NCBI GenBank assembly: GCA_036985855.1
Contig: BTQL01000001.1
Coordinates: forward strand, 10,920-74,919
From: Acidimicrobiia bacterium
Lineage (GTDB): Bacteria > Actinomycetota > Acidimicrobiia > Spongiisociales > UBA5794
Direction of reading: 5' to 3'
Length of the DNA: 64,000 nucleotides
Position 1 is the stretch's first letter. The number at the start of each line of letters is the position of its first letter. The position numbers and the translations under genes are program-made. The notes below the pieces were generated by a model. It was not told the origin of the DNA, did not search any database, and worked only from the letters and a program-made list of their open reading frames with translations. Below, one piece after another: positions 11,516 to 21,798 of the stretch.

Positions 11516-11550
11516 CATTCTGGCGTCCCTTACTGAGGGACGCCAGAATG
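11516..11550 (+). terminator. stem-loop terminator candidate (15-bp perfect stem, 5-nt loop)
   Basis: cattctggcgtccct-tactg-agggacgccagaatg, 10 nt after the DUF427 gene stop; no T-tract. Confidence 0.6.
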
Positions 11551-11608
11551 TGCTGGTGTAACGTCCGGTACACTCACGGTTGTTAACAGTCCAACGAAAG
11601 GACCATCC

Positions 11609-11992
11609 GTGGCTAAGTTCCTCAGCGAAGACCACTTCAACCTAGCCCGCGAGGGACTCAACTCCGACCCGGGTTTCCAGAACGCGATCGCCAATGTCGA
11701 CCTGTCCGTTCAGTTCGACGTATCAGGAACCCCTACAGGGGATGTGTCGTACTACCTACAGGTCGCAGACGGAACCGCTGCGACCCAGCTCGGACCTCTC
11801 GACGGAGCAGACGTCAATGTGTCCTCTGACTACGAGACCTCACAGGCGATCTCGAAGGGCGAACTCAATGTTCAGATGGCCTTCATGACCGGAAAGATCA
11901 AGGTCGGTGGCAACATGGCCAAGATCATGATGCACCAGGGCGTGCTCAACGAGTATGCGCGAGTGCTGTCGGGTTTGGACATTGAGTACTGA
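11609..11992 (+). CDS. SCP2 sterol-binding domain protein
   Basis: 127-aa ORF with the SCP2 C-terminal motif MAFMTGKIKVGGNMAKIM. Confidence 0.7.
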   Translation: MAKFLSEDHFNLAREGLNSDPGFQNAIANVDLSVQFDVSGTPTGDVSYYLQVADGTAATQLGPLDGADVNVSSDYETSQAISKGELNVQMAFMTGKIKVGGNMAKIMMHQGVLNEYARVLSGLDIEY

Positions 11993-12025
11993 ATCAGAAT
12001 TCAGCGTCAGGTTTCAGGCATAAAG

Positions 12026-12070
12026 GCAATATCAGAGAGGACGCCCGTCGGGCGTCCTCTCTGATATTGC
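12026..12070. terminator. bidirectional stem-loop terminator (20-bp perfect stem)
   Basis: gcaatatcagagaggacgcc-cgtcg-ggcgtcctctctgatattgc, between the convergent SCP2 (+) and HU (-) genes. Confidence 0.75.
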
Positions 12071-12083
12071 TTGTTGATCGAGA

Positions 12084-12362
12084 TCAGCCAGGCCTGACCG
12101 CGTCCTTGAAAGACTTACCGGCCTTGAACGCAGGGACCCTTGTCGCCTTGACGTAGATCGGAGCGCCTGTCTGCGGGTTCCGCGCCGTACGAGCCGCGCG
12201 GTCGCGTGCCTCAAACGTACCGAAGCCTGTGATCTGGACCTTGCCGGTGGAAACGACCGCACCGACGATTACGTCGAGCATTTCGTTGACCATCTTGTCA
12301 GCCAAAGCCTTCGACTCGCCTGAGTTGCGAGCCACGGCCTCGATCAGTTCGCCCTTGTTCAT
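12084..12362 (-). CDS. hup: nucleoid-associated DNA-binding protein HU
   Basis: MNKGELIEAVA..GFGTFEARDRAARTARNPQTGAPI; ATG at 12362 preceded by a gaggagg RBS. Confidence 0.9.
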   Translation of the reverse strand: MNKGELIEAVARNSGESKALADKMVNEMLDVIVGAVVSTGKVQITGFGTFEARDRAARTARNPQTGAPIYVKATRVPAFKAGKSFKDAVRPG

Positions 12363-12486
12363 TGGGAAACCTCCTCTGTCCACGACGTTCGTGGATCGAA
12401 TAACACGGTTGTAACTCTACCCAGTACCCGTTACATCAGCAACAATAGGGGTTTTTGGGCTGCCGCACGAACGCGAACTGGGTAAA

Positions 12487-13440
12487 GTGACTGCCGAACC
12501 CGGAGGCACCCGTTTGAAGAAGAACTGGACAAAGATCGCCCTTGCGCTTGGACCGGTGATCATGCTGTCGTCGATCGTCTGGGAATACGCAAGGACGAAG
12601 TCTTCTTACACCTACCTCGTGCAGCCCTGGTCCATACGTGGCTATGACACGATCCACGGCTGGATCATCGTTGCTGCCGCGGTCCTGCTGCTCATCAGCG
12701 GGTTGTTGACTTCGATGGAACGATCGATGCAGCCACGCTACTCGGCACTCATCGTGGTGTACACCGTTGTCGCCGCCACAGGCTTCGCCGCTGTGTTTGC
12801 GACGGACGACATCACTATGACCATGAGCAGCATGGCGAACGTCGCGCTCTCGATCCTTCTTGCGAGCTCGATCGCTCTTGCCCTCCGCAGCCTGTTAGGT
12901 GAGTCTAAGAAATGGCTCAGCAGAGCGCTTCTCACGTTCATCCCCCTGTTCCTCGTTTTCTTCTTCCTGTTCGGGGCAACGCTCGCAGGCAACGCGATCA
13001 GCCTGCCACCCTGGGCGCTCGTGTTCGTGGTCTTCCTTGTACTTGGAGCCCTCTCGATCACCATCAAGCCAATGGATATGGGTGCAAACCGCATGATCAT
13101 CATCGCTGCTGTCATGACTGGGTTGGTCGTCTTGCTCTCCGCTGGGGCAATCCGTCAGACGCTCATCGACATCCAGATGGAGACGGATCAGGGCAACGGT
13201 CTCTTCGGGATCGCAGCCCAGTACAAGGACACCCAGGCCGCAGGTGGATGGTGGTTGGCCGGCTTCGGAACCTTCGTGATGTTCGTCGGCTCGGTAGGGC
13301 TGTGGGCGAAGCGCAGGGACATCGTTGCAGCCATCGCCAGGGCCGATAAGCAGCGCGTCGCTGCGGAGAAGTCCGCCAAGGAGATCGCAGACGCCGCGGA
13401 GGCCTATGCCCGCGATCACGAGAGCGCAACGGCGAACTAA
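12487..13440 (+). CDS. hypothetical polytopic membrane protein with a charged C-terminal helix
   Basis: 317-aa ORF with about 7-8 hydrophobic segments; no recognisable motif. Confidence 0.5.
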   Translation: MTAEPGGTRLKKNWTKIALALGPVIMLSSIVWEYARTKSSYTYLVQPWSIRGYDTIHGWIIVAAAVLLLISGLLTSMERSMQPRYSALIVVYTVVAATGFAAVFATDDITMTMSSMANVALSILLASSIALALRSLLGESKKWLSRALLTFIPLFLVFFFLFGATLAGNAISLPPWALVFVVFLVLGALSITIKPMDMGANRMIIIAAVMTGLVVLLSAGAIRQTLIDIQMETDQGNGLFGIAAQYKDTQAAGGWWLAGFGTFVMFVGSVGLWAKRRDIVAAIARADKQRVAAEKSAKEIADAAEAYARDHESATAN

Positions 13441-13494
13441 CCGAGGCTGATCCCGATCACATCGCGATGAAGCGCGATTTCCTGAGGGTCTGGT

Positions 13495-14430
13495 TCAGTA
13501 GTCGATCTCTTCGAGAGCAGCAACCTTCTCGGCAACAGAGACGGCTGCCTCTTTCAGCGCCGTCTTCTCTGAATCGGTGAGATCGACCTCTGCAACCTCG
13601 TTCACGCCGTTCTTGCCTAGCTTGGCTATCACACCGAGGTACACGCCATCGATACCGTACTGTCCTTCCATCCAGGCGCAAACAGGCATCTCCGCGTCGC
13701 TGTCCTCAACAATGGCCCTCACCATCGAAGCGGCCGCCGCGGACGGCGCGTAGTATGCCGAACCGGTCTTGAGGTAGGCAACGATCTCGGCACCACCCTT
13801 TCGAGTGCGGTCGACGAGCTCATCAATGGTGTCCGCGTCAAGGGCTTCTGCGAGAGGAGTGTCACCGACCTTGCAGAGCGAAGGCACCGGAACCATCGTG
13901 TCGCCGTGCGACCCGAGGGTCACCGCTTCGACATCGAGGATGTCAACATCCGCGGCTTCGGAGATGAAGTGTGCGAAGCGGGCACTGTCGAGCATGCCCG
14001 CCTGACCAAGCACCCGGTTCTTCGGGAACCCAGAAACCTCAGACGCAAGCGTCGTCATCTGATCAAGCGGATTGGTGACGACGACGATCACCGCCTCTGG
14101 AGAGTACCGAACTATCTCCTGGGTGACTGCCTTCACGATCTTGGCATTGACACCGAGGAGGTCCATTCGGCTCATACCTGGCTTGCGTGGGAGGCCTGCC
14201 GTGATCACGACGACATCGGAACCCGCGGTGTCCGCGTAATCATTTGTGCCGACGACCTTCGTGCGGTACCCAAGCACGGGACGAGATTGATTCATGTCGA
14301 GTGCGAGACCCTGGGGAAGACCTTCGACAATATCGGTCATCACGACCTCGTCGACGATATCCCATTCAGCAATCCGCTGTGCGGTCGTTGAGCCGTACTT
14401 GCCGGCGCCTACAACGGTTACTTTGCTCAT
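13495..14430 (-). CDS. mdh: malate dehydrogenase (LDH-like family)
   Basis: MSKVTVVGAGKYGST Rossmann motif, ITAGLPRKPGMSR, GSHGDTMVP. ATG at 14430 follows an aaggagagctc RBS. Confidence 0.9.
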   Translation of the reverse strand: MSKVTVVGAGKYGSTTAQRIAEWDIVDEVVMTDIVEGLPQGLALDMNQSRPVLGYRTKVVGTNDYADTAGSDVVVITAGLPRKPGMSRMDLLGVNAKIVKAVTQEIVRYSPEAVIVVVTNPLDQMTTLASEVSGFPKNRVLGQAGMLDSARFAHFISEAADVDILDVEAVTLGSHGDTMVPVPSLCKVGDTPLAEALDADTIDELVDRTRKGGAEIVAYLKTGSAYYAPSAAAASMVRAIVEDSDAEMPVCAWMEGQYGIDGVYLGVIAKLGKNGVNEVAEVDLTDSEKTALKEAAVSVAEKVAALEEIDY

Positions 14431-14566
14431 GAGCTCTCCTTGAGAACGGGGGGTTTGAGCCAAGGATACCCGTGCCGTTGTCCGTCAGGACTAGCAGACA
14501 AGCGTCGATACACCGTTCTCATTTCATCGCGACGCGCCCGCTGTGAACTAAAAACGGTGGACTTCC

Positions 14567-15769
14567 TCACATTCGATCACACACTGCCTGGGCGAAAGCA
14601 GACGTCGATACTTCTGTCGCTTCGTCCATGAGGCGAGCGAAGTCGTATGTGACGATCTTGTCGCCGATAGCGGCCTCCATACCCTTGACGATCAGATCTG
14701 CAGCCTCGGGCCAATCGAGATAGCGGAACATCATCTCGCCCGACAAGATCAGGGAACCCGGGTTGACCTTGTCCATGCCCGTGTATTTCGGCGCTGTGCC
14801 ATGGGTGGCCTCAAAGATCGCGTAGCCGTTTTCGTAGTTGATGTTTCCCCCTGGGGCGATACCGATCCCACCCACCTGCGCGGCGAGTGCGTCAGACATA
14901 TAGTCGCCATTGAGGTTCATCGTTGCGATCACGTCATACTCGGCGGGCCGCGTGAGGATCTGCTGGAGGAATGCATCCGCGATGACGTCCTGGACCAGCA
15001 GCTTGTCACCTGGATCGCCGTTGGAGTCTTCCCAGCTCACCGCCACGTCGGAGAACTCCTCCCTGACGAGCTCGTAGCCCCACTCGCGGAAGGCGCCCTC
15101 TGTGTATTTCATGATGTTGCCCTTGTGGACAAGCGTCAGAGACCGGCGGTCGTGTTCCAGGGCATACTCGATCGCTGCCCGGATGAGTCGCTTCGAACCA
15201 GTCTCAGATATCGGTTTCAGGCCAAGACCCGAATCTTCGCGGATCTCCCAACCGAACTCCTCGTCGAGGAAGGCGAGCAGCTTCGCTACGCCGTCGGTGC
15301 CGGCCTCGAGCTCCTTACCTGCATACACGTCCTCGGTGTTCTCGCGGAAGATCACCATGTCGACGTCTGCTGGTTTCCTGACAGGGGACGGAACGCCCTG
15401 GTACCAACGCACGGGGCGCAGGCACACATAGAGATCAAGGATCTGGCGAAGCGCAACGTTGAGACTGCGGATTCCTCCCCCGATCGGCGTGGTGAGCGGA
15501 CCCTTGATACCAACGAGATACTTGCGGAAGCTCTCGGTTGTCTCTTCTGGCAACCACTCACCCGTCTCGTTGAAGGCCTTCTCACCTGCAAGCACTTCGA
15601 CCCATTCGATCTTGCGCTCTCCTCCGTATGCCTTCTGGACAGCGGTATCGAACACTTTCTTGGCCGCCGCCCAGATGTCCGGTCCGATGCCGTCGCCCTC
15701 GATGAAAGGGATGATCGGGTTGGCGGGTACGTTGAGACCTTCATCGGTTCTGGTGATTGCATCGGCCAT
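14567..15769 (-). CDS. icd: NADP-dependent isocitrate dehydrogenase
   Basis: [60 protein letters not shown] at 15769 has a ggagaa RBS. Confidence 0.9.
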   Translation of the reverse strand: MADAITRTDEGLNVPANPIIPFIEGDGIGPDIWAAAKKVFDTAVQKAYGGERKIEWVEVLAGEKAFNETGEWLPEETTESFRKYLVGIKGPLTTPIGGGIRSLNVALRQILDLYVCLRPVRWYQGVPSPVRKPADVDMVIFRENTEDVYAGKELEAGTDGVAKLLAFLDEEFGWEIREDSGLGLKPISETGSKRLIRAAIEYALEHDRRSLTLVHKGNIMKYTEGAFREWGYELVREEFSDVAVSWEDSNGDPGDKLLVQDVIADAFLQQILTRPAEYDVIATMNLNGDYMSDALAAQVGGIGIAPGGNINYENGYAIFEATHGTAPKYTGMDKVNPGSLILSGEMMFRYLDWPEAADLIVKGMEAAIGDKIVTYDFARLMDEATEVSTSAFAQAVCDRM

Positions 15770-15813
15770 CGGCTTCTCCGTGTTCGCGTGTTGTGAGTTT
15801 CGTGCCGTGAATA

Positions 15814-16662
15814 TCAGGCTGAGGACGCGAGCCACACCGTGTTGGTGAGAAGCGACGCCCTCGTCATCGGTCCCACTCCCCCCGGCACAGGGGAAATGGC
15901 TGACGCCACCCGGGAGACCTCGTCGAATGCTACGTCTCCAACGAGACCATCATCGGTTCGGTTGGTGCCCACATCGATGACAACGGCACCGGGCTTGACG
16001 TATTCCGCATCGAACATGCCAGGACGTCCGACGGCCGTGATGAGAATGTCTGCCTGACGACATACGCCCGCGAGATCCGGCGTACGCGAATGCGCCTGAA
16101 TCACCGTTGCATCTCGTCCCTTCTCTCCGAGCATGAGCGCCATTGGCCGCCCGACAAGGAAGGACCGTCCCACGACGACCGCAGTTTTCCCTGTCGTTTC
16201 GATGTTGTAGTGATCGAGCATCGTCATGATCCCAGACGGTGTTGCTGGGAGGGGGCCCGGCTGGCCAAGCATCAACCTTCCAAGGTTGAATGGATGAAGC
16301 CCGTCTGCATCTCTTGTCGGCAGCACGTGTTCAACAGCGGCCGCATCATCGAGGCCGGCTGGGAGAGGCAGCTGGACGATCATTCCCGTCACGTCTGGCC
16401 GGGCGTTCAGCTCGTCGATCGCTTCGAACACATCCTGTTGGGTTGCCGTCTCGGGGAGTTTGATGTCAATCGAATGTATACCAACGGATTCTGCGTCCTT
16501 GTGTTTGAAGCCGACATACACGTGGGATGCCGGGTCGTCTCCGACGAGCAGCGTCGCAAGTCCGACCTCACGGCCCCGCGTTGCCAGCTCCGCAACGTCC
16601 TTCCGTACACGCTCTTTGACGACAGCGGCTACTTCTTTTCCCGAAATGATCTGCGCGCTCAA
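15814..16662 (-). CDS. folD: bifunctional methylenetetrahydrofolate dehydrogenase/methenyl-THF cyclohydrolase
   Basis: [47 protein letters not shown]. Confidence 0.9.
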   Translation of the reverse strand: MSAQIISGKEVAAVVKERVRKDVAELATRGREVGLATLLVGDDPASHVYVGFKHKDAESVGIHSIDIKLPETATQQDVFEAIDELNARPDVTGMIVQLPLPAGLDDAAAVEHVLPTRDADGLHPFNLGRLMLGQPGPLPATPSGIMTMLDHYNIETTGKTAVVVGRSFLVGRPMALMLGEKGRDATVIQAHSRTPDLAGVCRQADILITAVGRPGMFDAEYVKPGAVVIDVGTNRTDDGLVGDVAFDEVSRVASAISPVPGGVGPMTRASLLTNTVWLASSA

Positions 16663-18179
16663 TGTCTGAAATGCCTCTCGTGTGTGAACACCAATGCTAC
16701 GTCGTGTTCATTCGCCGATTCGATGACCTCGTCGTCACGCATCGAGCCCCCGGGCTCGATGATCGCGGTAACGCCTGCGGCAGCGAGCCCATCGGGTCCA
16801 TCGCGAAAAGGAAAGAAAGCGTCAGAGGCACAAGCAGCGCCCTTCGCCCTGTCCCCGGCCTTCGCCAGCGCACGTTCAGCAGCACCGACTCGGGATTGGT
16901 CTCCCGCTCCCACTCCGACCGCTGCACCGTTCCTGACCAGCACCACGGCGTTTGACTTCGTGTGCGCTGCGAGAACCCATGCCATTTCGAGATCCATGGT
17001 CTCTTGATCTGTCGGCTGCCTCGTCTTGGTCTCCCAGTCTTCGGCACCTGTGGCCACCGAGTCCCGCACCTGGACGAGGAACCCATCATCAACTGTGCGA
17101 ACATCGAGGTCGAAGTCAGAAGCAACAGGTGCGATCAGAACTCTGAGGTTCTTCTTCAGGGCCATGACCGCCTTCGCTTCAGCTGAAATCGACGGTGCGA
17201 TGACGATTTCGACGAAGTACTCGCTGATCGCCGTGGCCGTCGCAACGTCGAGTTCGGCATTGCAAGCGATCACACCTCCAAATGCCGAGATCGGATCGCA
17301 GTTCCACGCCCTCACGAACGCTTCAGACGTCGTGGCGGCATTCGCGGCTCCGCACGCGTTCATGTGTTTGAGGACCACCACTGATATCTCGGGCAGATCG
17401 TTCACCAATCGCCACGCCGCATCTGCATCTGCATAGTTGTTGAACGACATCTCCTTGCCCTGGAGCTGATCCGCCCTGGCCCACCATCCGTTCGCGTCTG
17501 GCATCGCGTACAGGGCAGCCGGCTGGTGCGGGTTCTCGCCGTATCGCAGAGATGCCTTGGTCTCGAGCGGGAGCACGAGCTTGTCCTGACCATCTCGTGA
17601 GTGAAACCAGTTGACGATTGCCGCGTCGTACCGCGCCGTACGGAAAAATGCCTCTCGAGCGAGCTCCGCCCGAAACTCTGTGGTGGTCCCACCTGAGCTG
17701 ATCGCTTCCATGACGTCGCCGTACTGATCAGGAGAGACAACAACAGCAACCCAGTCATGGTTCTTTGCAGCAGCTCGAATGAGCGTCGGGCCTCCGATGT
17801 CGATGTTTTCGATCGCGGTGGCGTGATCAGCCCCTTTCCCAATCACGTTCTCGAAGGGATACAGATTGACAACCACGAGTTGGAAGACATCGATGCCGCG
17901 ATCGAGGAGAACCTGTCTGTGCTCCTCAATGCCGAGGTCGGCAAGGATGCCACCGTGGATCCTGGGGTGAAGCGTCTTGACCCTGCCCCCGAGCATCTCG
18001 GGAGCGCCGGTGACTTCCTCAACTCCCGTCACAGGGATCCCTGCCTCAGCGAGGTACGTCGCAGTGCCTCCTGAGGACACTATCTCGACTCCGCTGTCGA
18101 CAAGGGAAGAAGCGAACGGCCTCAGGCCATGTTTGTCCGATACCGAAATCAGGGCTCTACGCACTGCGATCGCTGTCAT
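16659..18179 (-). CDS. purH: bifunctional AICAR transformylase / IMP cyclohydrolase
   Basis: RALISVSDKHGL, GGRVKTLHP, IDIGGPTLIRAAAKNH, C-terminal ERHFRH; 4-nt overlaps with purN and folD. Confidence 0.95.
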   Translation of the reverse strand: MTAIAVRRALISVSDKHGLRPFASSLVDSGVEIVSSGGTATYLAEAGIPVTGVEEVTGAPEMLGGRVKTLHPRIHGGILADLGIEEHRQVLLDRGIDVFQLVVVNLYPFENVIGKGADHATAIENIDIGGPTLIRAAAKNHDWVAVVVSPDQYGDVMEAISSGGTTTEFRAELAREAFFRTARYDAAIVNWFHSRDGQDKLVLPLETKASLRYGENPHQPAALYAMPDANGWWARADQLQGKEMSFNNYADADAAWRLVNDLPEISVVVLKHMNACGAANAATTSEAFVRAWNCDPISAFGGVIACNAELDVATATAISEYFVEIVIAPSISAEAKAVMALKKNLRVLIAPVASDFDLDVRTVDDGFLVQVRDSVATGAEDWETKTRQPTDQETMDLEMAWVLAAHTKSNAVVLVRNGAAVGVGAGDQSRVGAAERALAKAGDRAKGAACASDAFFPFRDGPDGLAAAGVTAIIEPGGSMRDDEVIESANEHDVALVFTHERHFRH

Positions 18180-18814
18180 CGGCTGGTGGCCTCCTTGGGC
18201 ATGCGGTCCCAGCGTACGTGTCTGTCCTGGACTGTCAGCGCTCCTCGAGCAAAGGCGGCAGCCACCTCGGGGAGCAACCGATGCTCAACCTGCTGGATTC
18301 GGGCGTGTAGCGTCGCGACGTCGTCTTCAGGGTGCACAGAAACAGTTTCCTGGACGATGATCGGCCCATGGTCGACCTTTTCATCGACGAAATGGACGGT
18401 GACCCCGGTAATGGTCACTCCATACTCGAGAGCCTGTTCGATTGCGTGTTTGCCCGGAAACGCGGGGAGCAGGGCAGGGTGGATGTTGATGATCGCCTCG
18501 GGGAATCGTTCGATCGCGCTCGGGGCGAGAATCCGCATGAACCCTGCGAGCACGAGGCCTCTCGATCCATGTCGATCTGCCGCATCGCACACTGCCTGGG
18601 TGAATGCCGACCGAGTATCGAAGTCTGTCCAAGAGATGACTTCCGTCGGCAACCCCGCTTCGGATGCTCTCTCGAGTCCGCGAACTTTCGGACGATCCGA
18701 AATGACCACTGCGATCGCATAACCGTCACACTCATCCTGGGCATCGATCAGCGCCTGGAGGTTGCTCCCACTGCCTGAAATGAGGACGGCGATGGGCAGA
18801 GGGGAATCGATCAT
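18176..18814 (-). CDS. purN: phosphoribosylglycinamide formyltransferase
   Basis: IAVLISGSGSNLQALI, LAGFMRIL, INIHPALLPAFPG; ATG at 18814 chosen over the longer ORF. Confidence 0.9.
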   Translation of the reverse strand: MIDSPLPIAVLISGSGSNLQALIDAQDECDGYAIAVVISDRPKVRGLERASEAGLPTEVISWTDFDTRSAFTQAVCDAADRHGSRGLVLAGFMRILAPSAIERFPEAIINIHPALLPAFPGKHAIEQALEYGVTITGVTVHFVDEKVDHGPIIVQETVSVHPEDDVATLHARIQQVEHRLLPEVAAAFARGALTVQDRHVRWDRMPKEATSR

Positions 18815-18877
18815 CGGTGCTGATTCTAGAGGGCCTGCGCGACATGCCACATGGCCACAACTCACCCCTTGAGCACC

Positions 18878-18999
18878 ACCCGTCGCGAACCCAGGGTTCT
18901 GGACCGGACTGAGTCCGGTCTACAGCCCACAGAACGGGACCCGTCGCGAACCCAGGGTTCTGGACCGGACTGAGTCCGGTCTACAGCCCACAGAACGGG
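18878..18999 (+). repeat. two perfect tandem copies of a 61-bp hairpin-containing intergenic repeat
   Basis: Unit acccgtcgcgaacccagggttctggaccggactgagtccggtctacagcccacagaacggg at 18878-18938 and 18939-18999. Internal 7-bp hairpin gaccgga-ctgag-tccggtc. Confidence 0.9.
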
Positions 19000-19015
19000 C
19001 GGTTTCGCCGCGTAT

Positions 19016-19804
19016 CTAGGACGGACCAACCTTCTGGGCCACAACGATCGCGCTCGCGAGACCACCCTTCCACGGCTCACCATGACCAGGGAGGACAGTG
19101 CCGGCTTCTATTCCATGGAGATGATCGAGTGACTCGAGCGCCTGGGCGCTGTTCTTGTTGAATGCACCAGGCATCACGCGTGCCCCTCTCTTGCCGGTAC
19201 CGAGGTGCATCGTCACGAGGGCGTCACCTGTGAAGACCACGTCACGTTCCGGGAGATGGATACATGCCGAACCATCCGTGTGACCGGGAGTATGGATCGC
19301 CACGGGGCGACCAGGGACGTCAATCGTCTCGCCGTCACCGAACTCAGTGAGATCAACAACCGATTTCGCCGAGAAGACCCCGCCCGTGACAAAGAACCAA
19401 GCGGTTCTCCATGCCTGGATGTGGTTAAGGTCACGCGCCCAGTGACGCTCTGCCTCACGTTCGGCTTCTCCACGGGCCAGCGACACGTCGTCGTGATGCA
19501 CATGCACCCTCGCACCGCTCTCATCCTTGATACGTCGCGATGAGCCGAGGTGGTCGCCATGGGCGTGAGTGAGAACAATCGCATCGATGTCGCCGAGGGA
19601 CAGACCGAGTTCAGTGAGCACAAGCGGTAGCTGCTTGTACTGGTTCGGGTTTCCTGCATCGATCAGCGTCAGCTTTCCGCCATCCTCGATGACGAACCAG
19701 TTGACGAGCTTCGCACCGAGCCGATAGACCCTGTCGGCGACTTCCTGCACTTGATCTCCAGTTCTCTGCATCCACGGTACACGACGACCGACAACAGACG
19801 ACAC
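19016..19804 (-). CDS. MBL-fold metallo-hydrolase
   Basis: Metal-binding motif LTHAHGDHLG plus downstream HTPGHTDGS and PGHG. The start is uncertain (GTG at 19804 or ATG at 19771). Confidence 0.8.
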   Translation of the reverse strand: MSSVVGRRVPWMQRTGDQVQEVADRVYRLGAKLVNWFVIEDGGKLTLIDAGNPNQYKQLPLVLTELGLSLGDIDAIVLTHAHGDHLGSSRRIKDESGARVHVHHDDVSLARGEAEREAERHWARDLNHIQAWRTAWFFVTGGVFSAKSVVDLTEFGDGETIDVPGRPVAIHTPGHTDGSACIHLPERDVVFTGDALVTMHLGTGKRGARVMPGAFNKNSAQALESLDHLHGIEAGTVLPGHGEPWKGGLASAIVVAQKVGPS

Positions 19805-19909
19805 GAGAGTCGTTCATCGTCAGCGAACGCAGGGAGCGGTCGCATGCTGTAAAGCGAAGCGGTCCGCGAGCGCCCGCGAGCAGTCGTCAGTCGGCGAGCA
19901 CAGCGGGCG

Positions 19910-21625
19910 TCACTCGGGCAATCCGGCCTTCAAGAGACCATCGATCAGGAGGTCGCGGTCCTCGTCTCGAACGTAGCTCAGTCGCGAGCGGTGCCCTTCA
20001 CAGCTGAACTGTGGCCTTGCTTCATGAACCGCGTCGACATGGATCTGCGCATCATCAGCCCGGTTCATCTGCGAGTAAGCCGCTGCCATCACGATATGAG
20101 TTTGCAGATAATCCACGACATGAAGCGACTGCTGACCCCAAGCCGTCGCTGGCTCGTAGTCACCGATCATGAAGTGACAGTGCGCAAGATCATTTGCCAC
20201 ATCGAATCGCAGAGGCTCGTGCCGACCGAGTCTCCACGCCTGTGTCAATGCCTTGATCCCTTCGGTGTGCTCACCTGCCTTGTCGAGGTTGTTTCCCAAC
20301 ATATGGAATCCGAACATGGCATACGGGTTGATTTGGATCATTCGCTGCGCGTGTCGAACGCCCCCAGCCGGATCTCCGCTGACACTCTTCAGGACGGCGA
20401 GGGCAAATAGTGTCCAGTAGTCGTCCTTGTCGAGCCGAAACGCGGCGGCAGCATCTCGCTCCGCCCGCTTCCAAGGATTGACGTCAACGGAGCGCCATCC
20501 AAGGATCGCAAGCATGAACCAAGCGCCCGCGGAGCGTGCGACCGGTGCGACGAATCCGGGTTCGAGTCGGCGCGCCCGATCAAACAAGTCGATTGCCTTC
20601 ACCAAGGATTCGACGTCGAAACCGTGAACCAAAGCCTGTCCCTGGACGGTGAGATCCCACGCGTCAAACGATCGACCGTCCTTTTCCGAACGCGATCTCC
20701 CAGCCATCTCCCAGAAAGTCGGCGACAGTCTTGCTGCAATGGCTTCGACCAGCTCATCTTGGAGTTCAAAGATGTCGGCGAGATCCCTGTCGTATCGCTC
20801 CGCCCAGATGTGGTGGCCCGATTCAGCATCGATGAGTTGGGCCGTGACTCTCACTCGATTCCCTGATCTGCGGACACTTCCCTCAACGACGTGAGTCGCG
20901 TCCAAGGCCCGTGCGATGATACGAATGTCCACTGCCTTGCCCTTGTAAGCGAACGTCGAATTGCGAGCTACCACGGCCAGATCCCTGTTGTGCGAGAGCG
21001 CGGTAAGCAGGTCTTCGGTGATCCCATCGGCAAAGTACTCCTGGTCTGCTCCCCCACTCAGGTTGTCGAACGGCAGAACAGCCACTATCGCCAACGTTCG
21101 GATTCCGGGCGCCACAAGAAGCTGCGGAGATGGTGAGGTCGATCCGACCTTCCAAATCCTCACGGGTTTCTCGATGTTCTTCAGTTCGTGATCACCGTCA
21201 TCGACGAATGCAACAGCGACCTTGCCGGTAACCGCCTGATACACGGCATCGGTAACGGAGACACCACCCGGATCTGCAACGGACTCAACTCGAGCTGCGA
21301 TGTTGGCCCCGTCGCCAAACACATCACCAGAGTTGTCAACGACAATGTCGCCGAGGTTGTGACCCAGTCGAAACTGCATTCTGCGGGACTCCGGAATCTC
21401 GACGTTCCGCACCCGCATGAGGGACTGAATCTCGACAGCTGCATTCAACGCTGCCACGGCTGATGGAAACTCCATGAGCATCCCATCGCCGGTGGTCTTC
21501 ACCACACGACCGCCACCGTTCAGAACAACAGGTTCAAGGACGTTGATATGCGCTCGAAGCGCCGACAGAGTGCCGTCCTCGTCCTCGGCCATCATCCGTG
21601 AATAGCCGACGACGTCAGCAACCAA
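19910..21625 (-). CDS. class III adenylate/guanylate cyclase fused to a TolB-N-like and TPR-like C-terminal region
   Basis: Cyclase homology domain (VADVVGYSRMM.., KTTGDGMLMEF, GDVFGDGANIAARVE). The only in-frame start is TTG at 21625; see the finding on the upstream TGA. Confidence 0.8.
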   Translation of the reverse strand: MVADVVGYSRMMAEDEDGTLSALRAHINVLEPVVLNGGGRVVKTTGDGMLMEFPSAVAALNAAVEIQSLMRVRNVEIPESRRMQFRLGHNLGDIVVDNSGDVFGDGANIAARVESVADPGGVSVTDAVYQAVTGKVAVAFVDDGDHELKNIEKPVRIWKVGSTSPSPQLLVAPGIRTLAIVAVLPFDNLSGGADQEYFADGITEDLLTALSHNRDLAVVARNSTFAYKGKAVDIRIIARALDATHVVEGSVRRSGNRVRVTAQLIDAESGHHIWAERYDRDLADIFELQDELVEAIAARLSPTFWEMAGRSRSEKDGRSFDAWDLTVQGQALVHGFDVESLVKAIDLFDRARRLEPGFVAPVARSAGAWFMLAILGWRSVDVNPWKRAERDAAAAFRLDKDDYWTLFALAVLKSVSGDPAGGVRHAQRMIQINPYAMFGFHMLGNNLDKAGEHTEGIKALTQAWRLGRHEPLRFDVANDLAHCHFMIGDYEPATAWGQQSLHVVDYLQTHIVMAAAYSQMNRADDAQIHVDAVHEARPQFSCEGHRSRLSYVRDEDRDLLIDGLLKAGLPE

Positions 21626-21798
21626 GATCGCGGCGAGCTGCCGCTCTCAAGAATCCATCGTCAGACACTACATCTACCGACAACCGACGGACGACAGGTT
21701 CAAACCCTTCTGGTGGTCCGGGACTCGGAACCGACAACCCAGATCGAACCTGTCTTTCGTCGTCTGCAAAGGAGCGCAGCGACCGATCCGTCGTCGGT

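Noticed and set aside
14801-15796. 331-aa plus-strand ORF antisense to icd, along with similar long antisense ORFs at 43834-44742 and 54221-55177
   Set aside because: The same reasoning applies: the opposite strand encodes proteins with strong family motifs.
18878-18999. Possible CRISPR array
   Set aside because: There are only two directly abutting identical units with no spacers, and no cas genes lie in the window.
18862-19083. 73-aa minus-strand ORF across the 61-bp tandem repeat
   Set aside because: Its peptide simply mirrors the repeat (duplicated RPDSVRSRTLGSRR), so it is an artefact of the repeat and not a gene.
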